A stretch of 64,000 bases of DNA from Chitinophaga pinensis (lineage in GTDB: Bacteria > Bacteroidota > Bacteroidia > NS11-12g > UBA9320), in the NCBI GenBank assembly GCA_945897885.1, contig CAMDGU010000002.1, forward strand, positions 18,307 to 82,306. Reading direction: 5' to 3'. A program made the translations under genes and the position numbers. The notes beneath the pieces were generated by a model. It was not told where the DNA came from. It saw only the letters and a program-made list of their open reading frames with translations, and ran no database searches. Positions 1-10,046 of the stretch are shown in pieces. Position 1 is the first letter of the stretch, and each line of letters starts with the position of its first letter.

Positions 1-236
1 AAGAGCCAACCAGTTATTGGGTTTAAAACGGGAGTCAAAACAACTATTAATTGAAATTCAGTAATTAAGTTTGTTTATTTTTAATCTTTCTTGTTGCTCT
101 TTATATTTGAGCATTTTTTTTAATACCTTTATATTTATGTAACCTGCATAATTAGAAGGATTATTAAGATCCCCAAAGCCCTGTTTTTTTGCTACCTTTT
201 AATACTATATTTGTAGGGCTTGGCATTTCAAAAAAA

Positions 237-3200
237 ATGAGTAAAATAAAAACATACCTTTTCATCATTAATCTTTTACTAATGGGAGGTACTCTATTTT
301 CTCAGACGAAAAAATTTAATATTCAAACATCGTTTCCATCTGCTGTAACAGTTTGCGGAAAAACAGATTCCTTGGTATTTGAAATTAGAAACATTTCTTC
401 TTCTTCCGTCAATACAGTTTATCTAACTTTAGATCTTCCCCTAGGGTGCAATTATAAATCATCGAGTTTTAAAGGAAATGGAGTTAGCGAATCTAATATT
501 AGCAATCTTAATGATCCTATATTTAAACTATCTGATTTTTCCTTGGCCGGTTATTTAAGATTCTCAATAAAAATAAATTCGAATTGTGATTTGCAAACGC
601 TAATTAGTAAAGGAGCATCTGCTACGGCTGATTTACTTTTTTCATACACTGGAGGAAATGAAAAACACACCACGGGGGCATTAAACGTTAATATTCCAAA
701 TATTTTAATAAATACCATATCAAATCAAGTAAAAAATGCTTACTTAGGAAATAAGTTTTTTCGTGAAATCAGTATTAAAAATACCGGTAAAGGCGGAGCA
801 TCAACTTGCTTATTTTTTAGAATAAATGGAAATGGATTAAAGATTACCACTTCCAGAAGTAAAGACAAATACTCAGGCGATTCTACCATTTCCAAACTTG
901 ATTCGATTGATTTTAAACTAATTGGAAATAAAGATATTTATTTTGATGCCGGTGAAGAAGTTAGAATTACGGATACTGCTCGGGTAGTAATATGTTTCAA
1001 TCTTACTTCTGTATATACCGTAAGGTTTGGATGTAATTCTACCTATTGTAATACCTCTTCAAAAAACGCAATTGTCAATTTAGATCCTTTTACAGAAGGG
1101 TTAACCATAATTCCAAAGACATCAGTAAATTGGTGTTTTGATCGAAACAAACCTACTTACAATGAAATAATAGTTATAAATAAATCAAATAAATCTATAA
1201 ATAACACTTATGTAAACATTCTTCAATCCTATAATGGGGGATTTTATAATAGCCAAATTTCTGCTATTGATACATCTTCTATAGTAGTTACAGCAGGCAA
1301 GTACGGAACCGAATTAAATAAGAAGAAACTTAACTTTAGAAATAATAGCAGCAGCGGTTACTTTTCATGCTTAGGTTCTGTCCCTATCGGAGGATTTACT
1401 CTATCATTGGGCTCTTTAATGGTTGGTGATACCATTTATGTAAAATGGCAGTCTTATTCCTGCTTACCAAATATTTGCAACGCAACATTAACTGCCCATC
1501 GTTGGCGCTATTCAGCTACTTATTCTGACACTTGTGGAAATAACTATAGTGTGGCAGAAAACTGGGGTAGTGGCGGGGGAATTCAATATATGAGCGCCAT
1601 ACCTTGGCTTCCTACTGATATTGTTTCTGGAGTTCCTGAAAAACTTAATTATACAATTTCATCTATTTCACTTTTTCCTATCACTAGCAAGGCAAAGTTT
1701 TCAATAAAACTAACCCTACAAAGTGGTTTAAAGCACAGCTTAAAACCTGATGATATTAAGTTTACTGATATATATGGAAATCAATGGAAACCATATTCAG
1801 TAAAAGCAAGTTCGGGTGATGTTTTGGCCTATTTTTACCAACCCGGCATAAGTTTGGTAAAAGCTGAATTGGATATTCTTATTGAGTCGGATTGCAAAGC
1901 CTCCTCCCCTTCTGGATTAAAAAATTTCGGATTTACAATATTTTATGCACCCGATACTACTTGCAACTATACTTCTGACTTTCAATTGTATTGCACCTCC
2001 AGTCAAGTAAAAGTTCATTGTACCAAATCATGCAGCAACGGAGGTATGTTATTTAAGGCATTTAGTGTAAAAAGAAAAAGTTTAGGAAAACCAGATAATA
2101 ATAATGATGGGCAGCCTGACGCTACAGGGACAATTGACCTAGCTAAAATAAAAACGAACAGATCATTTTTATACGATACTCTCACCACATTTTACTCAGG
2201 TATTGTAATGGTTTCCGGAAGTACCAATGTGTTTTTTGATGGCAGAATAAAAACGTCAATTCTCAATGGTAATTTACTAAAACCAATAATGGCTACCCTT
2301 ACTGTTTATAGAAATAAAAAAGTAAGATATACCTGCAATAAAATCCAATTCTCAAGCTACACATCAGGCACAACCCGATATTGCGAAGTTGATTTAAATA
2401 TTAACTCTTCACGAACGGCAGGTTGTGGAAGTATGAGTAATTATTTCTTTCTTGCCTCTGATAGTGTAGTGGTAAGTGTTGATTATTTATACAATACAAA
2501 TGTAGGGAGTGCTTCTGCTGATGCTTTTTTTGATAATCCTGAATTTTACATAAGCACGACTCCAAATCCAACTGCAAGCCAAAAACTTCAATGCGATACA
2601 TTTTCAGGACGACATATTCTTTTAGGTTCATACTTTACAAATTGGTATACAGAAAACTACACATCAAGTTCATGCAATCCTGTTACTTTGTACAATAGTT
2701 ATTACTTTAGTGCAGGTAATTGTTGTGATAATTATGCAGGAGGTAATCCATTTCCATACGAATACCGTAGTTTCAATTACTTAGATAAAATTAAAGTTAC
2801 CTTACCAAAAGGGTATACGTTTTCTAGTGCGGCCATTTATTACTACCGTTCTGCCGGCACATCAAATTACACATCACATTACGCTTCCAATCTAAAACCA
2901 ATCATAAAAAATACCGACACCTTAATATTCAATTTAGATACTCTTTTTAATGCAACCAAAGGTATTTTTAAGCGAAGTGATGAAGGTTACCAGGGAACTT
3001 TAGTGTTAAATCTTACTCCAAAATGTAATGCAGCAATTAATACTTACGAATCTGTTAAATATTCATCCTATTTCAAATGGTCAAATGTAAATGCGACTGA
3101 CTTGATAGAAAACTATGAAGATAATCTTAAATTTGACCACCCAGGTGTTTTAATTTCTGCTATCAACACCTTAAGCTCTTCAAAAAAAGATACCTTTTCT

Positions 3201-6200
3201 TGGGATATAATCGTATCAAATACTAAAAGTGGAAGTTCGATTACTAATTTATGGCTTTCCAATTCATCACCCAAAAATGCCAAAGTTCTGGCAGTTAAAG
3301 ATTTGTTAACCGGTAATAACTTATCAGTAAAAAATGGAATATTCAAAGCAGGAGTTTTATCATCCACTGCTACCCGCTCTTTTAGAATTTTAGCTTCCAG
3401 TACGAATTGTAAACTAGATAGTTTTAAAATAGCTGTGGGCTGGAACTGTGACAGCTATCCAGACAGTTTGGAAGCTTATTCCTGTAAAAATTTATTAAAT
3501 TATGTTAATCTTATTTTAAGTCCCATTCCTCCCTTAATAATAAGCACCCTTATTGAAGATACAGCCCAAACAGACGTTTGTACCAATCGAAATTACAAGG
3601 TAATTATTGCCAATGTTGATGAGGACAATATTTATGGACTTAAACTAAAAGTTACTATTCCTGTAGGAACTAAAATTGTTGATACCGGAATGTACTATTC
3701 TTTTCCTTATGGCAGTAAATTATTGAAATTACCTAAACCGATTTTAGTTTCTGGAAGTACATATGAATGGGCTTTGAGTGATAGTTTAAGTGCTTTAAAA
3801 AATGGTTTGGAAAAAGTATCCGATACTTTAAAAAGCAGAATCCGTTTGCAGTTTTTATTAGAAACCAATTGTCAGATTACAGCAGGAGCTTTTGTTTCAA
3901 TTATGCCTGATGGGAAAATTGGATGTGGGGAACCTGTAAAAAGGCTAGGATTTACAGGCCAGCCTATAAAAATTAAAGGGGTTAATAATCCTTATTATTC
4001 AATCATTACCTTAACCCCGGATAGCATAAATTTATGTAACCCTTCGGTAGCTTTTAAATCAAAAATAATTTATTTAGGGCCCACCAATACCTTTGATAAT
4101 GATTCCTTAATACTTATAATGCCTATAGGTTTTGAGCCGGATACAGCGTCCTTAAAAACAATAAAAATTAACGGGCGAGGTGTTGTAAAAGATGTGAGTG
4201 GAGAAAAACGCTGGCTATGGTCTATCCCAAAAGGATTATTGCCGGGCGATTCATCAATGATAGAATTTAAGCTTAAAATTACCAATAAGGCTCCCTCCTG
4301 TGGTTCTGAATTATTTACAATACAGTCACTTACCAAGAAAAAAGCGTATTGCGTAAAATCGAATGACAGTTGTGATATAAATGTGGCAACAGGTAGTTTT
4401 TTTAAAGCTTTTAAACTTGACCGAGCTGAACCAATCATCAAATTAATTAGTTCTGTTTCCTCCAATTCTGGTGACACAGGAGAAATAATAGATATTGCTT
4501 TTAAAGTTACCAATAATAAAAAAACGATTGACACAGCCATTAATTCTACTTTTTATTTAATAGTAGATAAAAACCAGAATAATAAGTATGACAAATCTGA
4601 TTTATTGATTAAAAAATTTACTAAAACCAAAGGTTGGATTACAAGCCAGCAAATTAATTTTTCTTTCAAGGGTTTTGTAAACAACTCTGACATTTGTCGG
4701 TTGGTTATTGTTTCAGATTCAAATAATTGTCAATGTCTTAGAAATATACTTCCATTACTAAATATTCAATTAAAAAATGCAGGAAGAGATACAAGTTATT
4801 GTTCTAATAATTCAGTATTTGTTGGACTTGATTCTATTAAAAAATATAAATACGAATGGTTGCCAACAGATTATTTAAGCTTGCCATATCAATCAAAATC
4901 CATCTATAAAAAAGCTAATTTTTCTAATTTAGACCTCACCCAAACCTATATTTTAAAAACGACTCGTCCGGGTGGGTGCAAAACTTATGACACAGCGGTA
5001 ATAAAGGCTAAATCTTATATATACTTGCCTAAATTAAAAGATACTTCAGCTATCTGTGAAGGAGGCATTATTCAAATAGGAGACACCGCTAAGGGAGGTA
5101 AAGGTGCACTTTCATATAGTTGGACTCCCAATTCAGGATTATCCTCATACAGCAAAATGGTTGTTAACGCAAATCCGAAAATTTCAACAAAATTTTTTAT
5201 TAAAATAAGTGACCAAAACAATTGCTCAATAAAAGATTCAATATATTTAAAAGTTGCAAAACTTCCTTTGGTAAAGATTGGAAATATTGGCTCATGCGAA
5301 AAGCGAAACATTCAATTTCTTGATAGAAGTAATTATTTTAGTCAACAAAAAGGTAATGCTATTTGGCGAATTGATTTTAATACAATTACACAGACTGACC
5401 CAACGTTTGTATTTGACACTATTGGTTTATACTTCGTTAGATTAATTGCATCAAATCAATACGGATGTAAGGATTCAGGCTATAAATATATAAGAATAAA
5501 TGGCAATCCTATCGTTTCAAATCTCAAGATTAATCAATGCTCGGGTGATTCTGTAATATTAACCGATAAATCAAAAGTGGCTCTTATAGGAATAAAAACT
5601 GTTACGTGGCGATTTGCAGCCGATTCGATTATTGGAAAAGTAGTCTCAAAGATTTTTACAACAAAAGGAAATTACAAATTCACACAAATTGTTAAAAGTG
5701 ATTCCGGTTGTATTAGTTATTTAGAAGATTCATTAATACTTTATGATAAACCCAAAGCCGGTATTTCTATTATTGGTAAATGTTTAAACGACACCATACT
5801 ATTTTCAGACAATTCCAAATTCAGTGTTAACGATTCAATTAGTATTTATCACTGGGAAATTGAAGATAAGAAATTTTTTGGGAAACAGGCCAAACTAAAG
5901 TTTGATACCACAGGTAGGTATAACGTTGCACTGAGAATAAACACTCTTAAAGGGTGTTCTGATTCATTTAAGAAATCATTTATTATGAACACCTTCCCTA
6001 ATGTATCTTTTGGCATTTCAAATTATTGTCCCTATGATACCATCAAATTATCAAACTCTACCACTCTATCTAAAGGAAGCATAAAAAAATATGAGTGGAA
6101 TATTGGTAATCTTTATAATTCAAATTTAAAATCACCGGTTATTGATCCATTAAAGGAAGGTAATTATACAATAAAACTAAAAGCTATTTCTGATTCATTA

Positions 6201-7496
6201 TGCAGGGATAGCTTAGTAAAAACCTTCACAGTGTTCCCTAGAGCTATAGCAAAGGCTGCTTTAATTCAAGGATGTGAAAATGAATCTATGAATTTTATTG
6301 ACGTTTCGAATCAGGGCAATACCAACCTTGGATATAGGCAATGGGAAATTTCAAAAAGTTTCTATACAGATAGTATCGTAACCTTAGCTTTAAAATCCAA
6401 AGGTATTTTTTCTTTCAAACTTTCAATTAAAACTAAGGAAGGATGCGATTTTTCCTTAGATTCAACGTATGAAGTTTTTGAAAATCCGGTGGCTGCTTTT
6501 ACTTCAAATTCAAAATGTATGGACGATGAAGTTACATTTACCGATAAGTCTGCTCCTGGCGGAAAATCAACACTAGTTTCATGGCAATGGTTTCAAAATA
6601 ATTCTGTAATAAATACATCGAAATCATTTTCACAAAGATTTGCCATACCCGGAACCCAATTTATAGCATTGCAGGTAAAAAATAGCTTTGGCTGTAGTGA
6701 TTCAATAAATATTCCGACCATAACATACCCTCCCAATTATGTTGATTTTAAATTTAATGATGCCTGTCCGGGCGATTCGGTGAAACTTAATTTTACTGGA
6801 TTCACAGGATCAAACACAATATCAAATTTAAACCTCAGCTGGGGTGACGGTTTTATAAGTAAAACTCTGCCTGCTTCGCATAGTTACAAAGCATCCGGCA
6901 ACAATACAATAAAACTAACTATCACCACTTTAGCAGGGTGTGATTATGATACAAGTAAAAGTGTTACCCTATACCCAATCCCTGAAGCAGGTTTTGATTT
7001 TACACCTAAATATCCGGACATAAAGTATCCCACGATATCAATTACGGATCAATCAAGGGGTGCAACAAAATGGAAATATATATTTGGTGATGGAAATTCG
7101 TCTGCACTTCAAAACCCTAAATATTCATTTAATGATTCAGGGAAATACCAAATAAGCCAAATAGTAGAAAACCAATTTGGATGTAGAGATACAGCCTTTA
7201 AAAATGTTTATGTAAACTTCCTTCTGCTAACTTTTGTTCCCAATGCCTTTTCTCCGGGCAAAGATGATATAAATCCACTATTTCAGCCCCTTGGGTTAGG
7301 TATTAAGGACTTTAAACTAACTATTTTTAATCGTTGGGGCGAAAAAATTTATGCACCCGATTGGGGTCGAAATGCCTGGGACGGAACCTACAAAGGTGAA
7401 TTTGTAACTATTGGTATGTATCCTTACTATATTGAAATTATAGATTTTGGTAATATAAAACACAATTATCATGGAGTTTTAAACGTAATACGTTAA
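237..7496 (+). CDS. Giant (2412 aa) T9SS cargo/adhesin with N-terminal signal peptide (MSKIKTYLFIINLLLMGGTLFSQ), Ig/PKD-like tandem domains and a C-terminal type-B T9SS sorting domain (gliding motility-associated CTD)
   Basis: Single uninterrupted ORF. ORF-track start 189 is a TTG; the first ATG with a signal peptide is at 237. C-terminus ...PNAFSPGKDDINPLFQP...LTIFNRWGEKIYAPDWGRNAWDGTYKGEFVTIGMYPYYIEI... matches the T9SS type-B CTD pattern. At least nine tandem domains end in a G-C-x-D-S/T motif typical of PKD. Confidence 0.85.
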   Translation: MSKIKTYLFIINLLLMGGTLFSQTKKFNIQTSFPSAVTVCGKTDSLVFEIRNISSSSVNTVYLTLDLPLGCNYKSSSFKGNGVSESNISNLNDPIFKLSDFSLAGYLRFSIKINSNCDLQTLISKGASATADLLFSYTGGNEKHTTGALNVNIPNILINTISNQVKNAYLGNKFFREISIKNTGKGGASTCLFFRINGNGLKITTSRSKDKYSGDSTISKLDSIDFKLIGNKDIYFDAGEEVRITDTARVVICFNLTSVYTVRFGCNSTYCNTSSKNAIVNLDPFTEGLTIIPKTSVNWCFDRNKPTYNEIIVINKSNKSINNTYVNILQSYNGGFYNSQISAIDTSSIVVTAGKYGTELNKKKLNFRNNSSSGYFSCLGSVPIGGFTLSLGSLMVGDTIYVKWQSYSCLPNICNATLTAHRWRYSATYSDTCGNNYSVAENWGSGGGIQYMSAIPWLPTDIVSGVPEKLNYTISSISLFPITSKAKFSIKLTLQSGLKHSLKPDDIKFTDIYGNQWKPYSVKASSGDVLAYFYQPGISLVKAELDILIESDCKASSPSGLKNFGFTIFYAPDTTCNYTSDFQLYCTSSQVKVHCTKSCSNGGMLFKAFSVKRKSLGKPDNNNDGQPDATGTIDLAKIKTNRSFLYDTLTTFYSGIVMVSGSTNVFFDGRIKTSILNGNLLKPIMATLTVYRNKKVRYTCNKIQFSSYTSGTTRYCEVDLNINSSRTAGCGSMSNYFFLASDSVVVSVDYLYNTNVGSASADAFFDNPEFYISTTPNPTASQKLQCDTFSGRHILLGSYFTNWYTENYTSSSCNPVTLYNSYYFSAGNCCDNYAGGNPFPYEYRSFNYLDKIKVTLPKGYTFSSAAIYYYRSAGTSNYTSHYASNLKPIIKNTDTLIFNLDTLFNATKGIFKRSDEGYQGTLVLNLTPKCNAAINTYESVKYSSYFKWSNVNATDLIENYEDNLKFDHPGVLISAINTLSSSKKDTFSWDIIVSNTKSGSSITNLWLSNSSPKNAKVLAVKDLLTGNNLSVKNGIFKAGVLSSTATRSFRILASSTNCKLDSFKIAVGWNCDSYPDSLEAYSCKNLLNYVNLILSPIPPLIISTLIEDTAQTDVCTNRNYKVIIANVDEDNIYGLKLKVTIPVGTKIVDTGMYYSFPYGSKLLKLPKPILVSGSTYEWALSDSLSALKNGLEKVSDTLKSRIRLQFLLETNCQITAGAFVSIMPDGKIGCGEPVKRLGFTGQPIKIKGVNNPYYSIITLTPDSINLCNPSVAFKSKIIYLGPTNTFDNDSLILIMPIGFEPDTASLKTIKINGRGVVKDVSGEKRWLWSIPKGLLPGDSSMIEFKLKITNKAPSCGSELFTIQSLTKKKAYCVKSNDSCDINVATGSFFKAFKLDRAEPIIKLISSVSSNSGDTGEIIDIAFKVTNNKKTIDTAINSTFYLIVDKNQNNKYDKSDLLIKKFTKTKGWITSQQINFSFKGFVNNSDICRLVIVSDSNNCQCLRNILPLLNIQLKNAGRDTSYCSNNSVFVGLDSIKKYKYEWLPTDYLSLPYQSKSIYKKANFSNLDLTQTYILKTTRPGGCKTYDTAVIKAKSYIYLPKLKDTSAICEGGIIQIGDTAKGGKGALSYSWTPNSGLSSYSKMVVNANPKISTKFFIKISDQNNCSIKDSIYLKVAKLPLVKIGNIGSCEKRNIQFLDRSNYFSQQKGNAIWRIDFNTITQTDPTFVFDTIGLYFVRLIASNQYGCKDSGYKYIRINGNPIVSNLKINQCSGDSVILTDKSKVALIGIKTVTWRFAADSIIGKVVSKIFTTKGNYKFTQIVKSDSGCISYLEDSLILYDKPKAGISIIGKCLNDTILFSDNSKFSVNDSISIYHWEIEDKKFFGKQAKLKFDTTGRYNVALRINTLKGCSDSFKKSFIMNTFPNVSFGISNYCPYDTIKLSNSTTLSKGSIKKYEWNIGNLYNSNLKSPVIDPLKEGNYTIKLKAISDSLCRDSLVKTFTVFPRAIAKAALIQGCENESMNFIDVSNQGNTNLGYRQWEISKSFYTDSIVTLALKSKGIFSFKLSIKTKEGCDFSLDSTYEVFENPVAAFTSNSKCMDDEVTFTDKSAPGGKSTLVSWQWFQNNSVINTSKSFSQRFAIPGTQFIALQVKNSFGCSDSINIPTITYPPNYVDFKFNDACPGDSVKLNFTGFTGSNTISNLNLSWGDGFISKTLPASHSYKASGNNTIKLTITTLAGCDYDTSKSVTLYPIPEAGFDFTPKYPDIKYPTISITDQSRGATKWKYIFGDGNSSALQNPKYSFNDSGKYQISQIVENQFGCRDTAFKNVYVNFLLLTFVPNAFSPGKDDINPLFQPLGLGIKDFKLTIFNRWGEKIYAPDWGRNAWDGTYKGEFVTIGMYPYYIEIIDFGNIKHNYHGVLNVIR
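5030..7225 (+). repeat. Tandem array of about 9 PKD-like domains (about 80 aa each) inside the giant adhesin gene
   Basis: Recurrent motifs NNCSIKDSIYLKV / YGCKDSGYKYIRIN / SGCISYLEDSLILY / KGCSDSFKKSFIMN / SLCRDSLVKTFTVF / EGCDFSLDSTYEVF / FGCSDSINIPTITY / AGCDYDTSKSVTLYP / FGCRDTAFKNVYVN, spaced at about 240 nt. Confidence 0.6.
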
Positions 7497-7593
7497 TAAA
7501 CTAAGCTATTTAAAAACAACAAAAATTTATAAATCACTAAATTACAGATTCTTAAAAAATATATTTTTTATTTCAAAATCTTTTAAAAAACGG

Positions 7594-7624
7594 TTTGAAA
7601 AATTGAATTCGAAATCTATATTTG
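7594..7624 (+). promoter_or_regulatory. Bacteroidota sigma-A type promoter (-33 TTTG, 19-nt spacer, -7 TAtaTTTG) driving tRNA-Gly
   Basis: TTTG at 7594-7597, 19-nt spacer, TATATTTG at 7617-7624. The tRNA starts at 7642. This fits the Bacteroides consensus TTTG-N19-21-TAnnTTTG. Confidence 0.6.
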
Positions 7625-7641
7625 CACCACTAAAAAAATAA

Positions 7642-7717
<76 letters not shown>

Positions 7718-7720
7718 CAC

Positions 7721-7748
7721 GAAAGCCGTCTTAAAGGTGGCTTTTTTT
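7721..7748 (+). terminator. Rho-independent terminator hairpin plus T-run after tRNA-Gly
   Basis: Stem 7721-7730 / 7736-7745 (GAAAGCCGTC ... GGTGGCTTTT, with G-U wobbles) and loop TTAAA, followed by T7. Confidence 0.45.
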
Positions 7749-7788
7749 GTAAGTAAGTCTCAATACTTACAACATCCAATCCTAAGTT

Positions 7789-7872
7789 ACCCGGGTGGTG
7801 GAATCGGTAGACACGCAGGACTTAAAATCCTGTGGCTTTGCGGCTGTACGGGTTCAAGTCCCGTCCCGGGTA
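7789..7872 (+). tRNA. tRNA-Leu (anticodon TAA), long variable arm, CCA not encoded
   Basis: Acceptor ACCCGGG/CCCGGGT, D-arm GTGGAATCGGTAGAC, anticodon stem CAGGA/TCCTG with loop CTTAAAA, long variable arm, T-arm ACGGGTTCAAGTCCCGT, discriminator A. Confidence 0.85.
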
Positions 7873-8041
7873 CATATTGAACGCTAAAATTCAACCTATT
7901 AACGTAAACCGAAAAACCTTTTCGAAAAAAGTGGTAAAAACTGTGTTTGGTTTTCTCCAGGACGAGACAGAAAAAAGAAATACAATTATTAAATGCCTTT
8001 GTCGTTCTGATATTATAACTGAAATTTGCAACCTATAAAAA

Positions 8042-8881
8042 ATGAAAAGAACAATTTTTCCTACATTACTTATGATTTTTGTTTTGTCATCTTGCGTTAG
8101 CAAAAAAATACACAAAAAAAAAGTATCTGAATGTGATTCAATAAAAACTTCCTATGAAAAAGTTCATCATGAACTTGACATTTGTCTTAGTGAAAAGGAA
8201 CAAAAATCAGAAAAACTAAAAAATATTGAAAGCGAATTAGCCTATATAAAATCAGTAAGTACAAATTTACTTCAACAATTAAATGACCTATCAATTATTA
8301 CCAACTCTCAAGCTGAGAGCATTAAAAAATCATTAGAAAATATTAACTCAAAAGACCTTTATATTAAAGGTTTGCAAAAAGAAATGTCAAGAAAAGATTC
8401 TTTAAACATGGCATTGGTTTTAAATCTAAAAGGAGCCCTAAAAGATGTAAATGATGATGATATACAAATAAATGTGGAAGGAAGTGCTGTATTTATTTCC
8501 ATCTCAGATAAAATGTTATTCAAAAGCGGCAGTTATGAAATTTCAACTGAGGCCAAAAATGTGCTGGGAAAAGTAGCAGATGTTATAAAAGCTCAACCCA
8601 AAATACAATTTATGGTTGAAGGGCATACCGACAACAAACCTATTTATAAGGTAAATATTAAAGATAACTGGGATTTAAGTGTATTAAGAGCTACAGCTGT
8701 TGTTAGATCATTACAACTTGATTATGGAATAGAACCAAACCGCATGATTGCAGCAGGACGAGGCGAATATGTTTCTGTAGCATCTAACGATACGGAAGAT
8801 GGTAAATCCCAAAATCGCAGAACACGAATTGTTATTTTGCCTGAACTTGACCAATTTTTCAAGTTATTTGAAGCAAAGTAA
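8042..8881 (+). CDS. OmpA/MotB-family lipoprotein with N-terminal coiled-coil region and C-terminal OmpA-like peptidoglycan-binding domain
   Basis: Lipoprotein signal MKRTIFPTLLMIFVLSSC. Heptad-rich segment of about 120 aa. C-terminal VEGHTDN...LSVLRATAVVRSL...NRRTRIVILP is the OmpA_C signature. Confidence 0.75.
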   Translation: MKRTIFPTLLMIFVLSSCVSKKIHKKKVSECDSIKTSYEKVHHELDICLSEKEQKSEKLKNIESELAYIKSVSTNLLQQLNDLSIITNSQAESIKKSLENINSKDLYIKGLQKEMSRKDSLNMALVLNLKGALKDVNDDDIQINVEGSAVFISISDKMLFKSGSYEISTEAKNVLGKVADVIKAQPKIQFMVEGHTDNKPIYKVNIKDNWDLSVLRATAVVRSLQLDYGIEPNRMIAAGRGEYVSVASNDTEDGKSQNRRTRIVILPELDQFFKLFEAK

Positions 8882-8949
8882 ATTCCTTAGATATAATTTA
8901 TTAATCCTTTTTCGGTTATTATTAATTTAGTATCCGCTATAGGATTTTA

Positions 8950-8957
8950 TATATTTG
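8950..8957 (+). promoter_or_regulatory. Candidate -7 promoter element TAtaTTTG for the DUF2911 gene
   Basis: TATATTTG sits about 78 nt upstream of the ATG at 9035. No clean -33 TTTG, so the call is weak. Confidence 0.35.
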
Positions 8958-9034
8958 CCAATTGTTCGCAGTTAAATTCAAAAATTACCAAACAAGGACT
9001 GTTAAAACCTAAATAATTTAAAATTAATTAAAAA

Positions 9035-9961
9035 ATGAAAAAAAAATTACTAAAAATTTCGCTTGCTTCACTAGCATTGTTTCTATTTCTAAATGTATCA
9101 GCACAATTAGTTTTACCACAACCTAGCCCCAAAGCATCGGTTATGCAAACTGTTGGTTTAACCGATATCACTATTGATTACAGTAGTCCCGCAGTAAAAG
9201 GTCGCACTGTATGGGGTGATTTAGTTCCATTTGACAAGGTTTGGCGTGCAGGTGCAAATTCTGCTACCAAAATTACGTTTTCAAAAGATGTGTTAATTGA
9301 AGGTGTTTCTGTTCCAAAAGGTACTTATTCAATTCTAATGGTACCTGGTAAAATTGATTGGACCGTTCATATTAACAAGGATGCCAATGTTTCCTCTGAA
9401 TCCCATAAAGCTGATTTGGATATCGTGAAAATTAAAACGGTTAATTCTGCAAAAGTATACGCTACGCCAACTATAGCTGCTGATGGAACTGGTTCAGCTA
9501 GTATTTCTCAAGATTTTATTGAAAGATTAACCTATAATTTTTCAGACTTTACGAATGAATCAGTTTGTATAAATATGTTATGGGAAAAGGTAAAAATCTC
9601 ATTTATCGTAAACTTAGATACAGATAAACAAGCTTCTGAAAATATTGATAAGGCTACTAGTGGAGTTTGGGGTATTTATAATAACTCAGCACGTTATTAT
9701 TTTGATAAAAAAGATTACGACAAAGCTCTAGGATATGTAAACCAGTCAATAGCTAGCAGCGACCAATGGTTTAATAATTGGGTGAAAGCTCAAATTTTAG
9801 CAGCAAAAGGATTAAATGAAGAAGCGTATGTTCATGCTGCAAAAGCAAAAGAACTCGGTGATAAAACTCCTGCAGGAAGTTTCTTCTTTAAAGATGCAGT
9901 AGAAAAGGCATTGGTTGATTGGGCTGCATATGCTCCAAAACCAAAGAAAAAAGGAAAATAA
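9035..9961 (+). CDS. Secreted DUF2911-like protein with C-terminal TPR-like helical region
   Basis: Signal peptide MKKKLLKISLASLALFLFLNVSAQ. N-terminal beta-rich block (TVGLTDITIDYSSPAVKGRTVWGDLVPFDKVWRAGANSATKITF) resembles the DUF2911 family. Recognised from memory; I could not confirm it by search. Confidence 0.5.
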   Translation: MKKKLLKISLASLALFLFLNVSAQLVLPQPSPKASVMQTVGLTDITIDYSSPAVKGRTVWGDLVPFDKVWRAGANSATKITFSKDVLIEGVSVPKGTYSILMVPGKIDWTVHINKDANVSSESHKADLDIVKIKTVNSAKVYATPTIAADGTGSASISQDFIERLTYNFSDFTNESVCINMLWEKVKISFIVNLDTDKQASENIDKATSGVWGIYNNSARYYFDKKDYDKALGYVNQSIASSDQWFNNWVKAQILAAKGLNEEAYVHAAKAKELGDKTPAGSFFFKDAVEKALVDWAAYAPKPKKKGK

Positions 9962-9980
9962 TTTCAAATATTTGTTTTAT

Positions 9981-10012
9981 AAAAACCGGGTATAAAAATA
10001 TCCGGTTTTTTT
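9981..10012. terminator. Bidirectional rho-independent terminator between convergent genes
   Basis: AAAAACCGGGTAT-AAAA-ATATCCGGTTTTTTT: stem of about 11 bp with one G-U pair, A-run 5' and T-run 3'. It lies between the DUF2911 stop (9961) and the symporter stop (10047). Confidence 0.7.
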
Positions 10013-10046
10013 GTTCATTGTGGCAGAGAGGAAACATTTTGCGACT

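Noticed and set aside
2401-5311. Minus-strand ORFs (2401..2631, 3113..3367, 4070..4540, 5072..5311) inside the giant adhesin gene
   Set aside because: These are antisense to a long, clearly coding frame with domain repeats. They are low-complexity translations and most likely chance ORFs.
7832-8115. ORFs 7832..8038 (+) and 7891..8115 (-) from the six-frame track
   Set aside because: They overlap the tRNA-Leu gene and its flank and the start of the OmpA-like gene. They have no coding features, so they are spurious.
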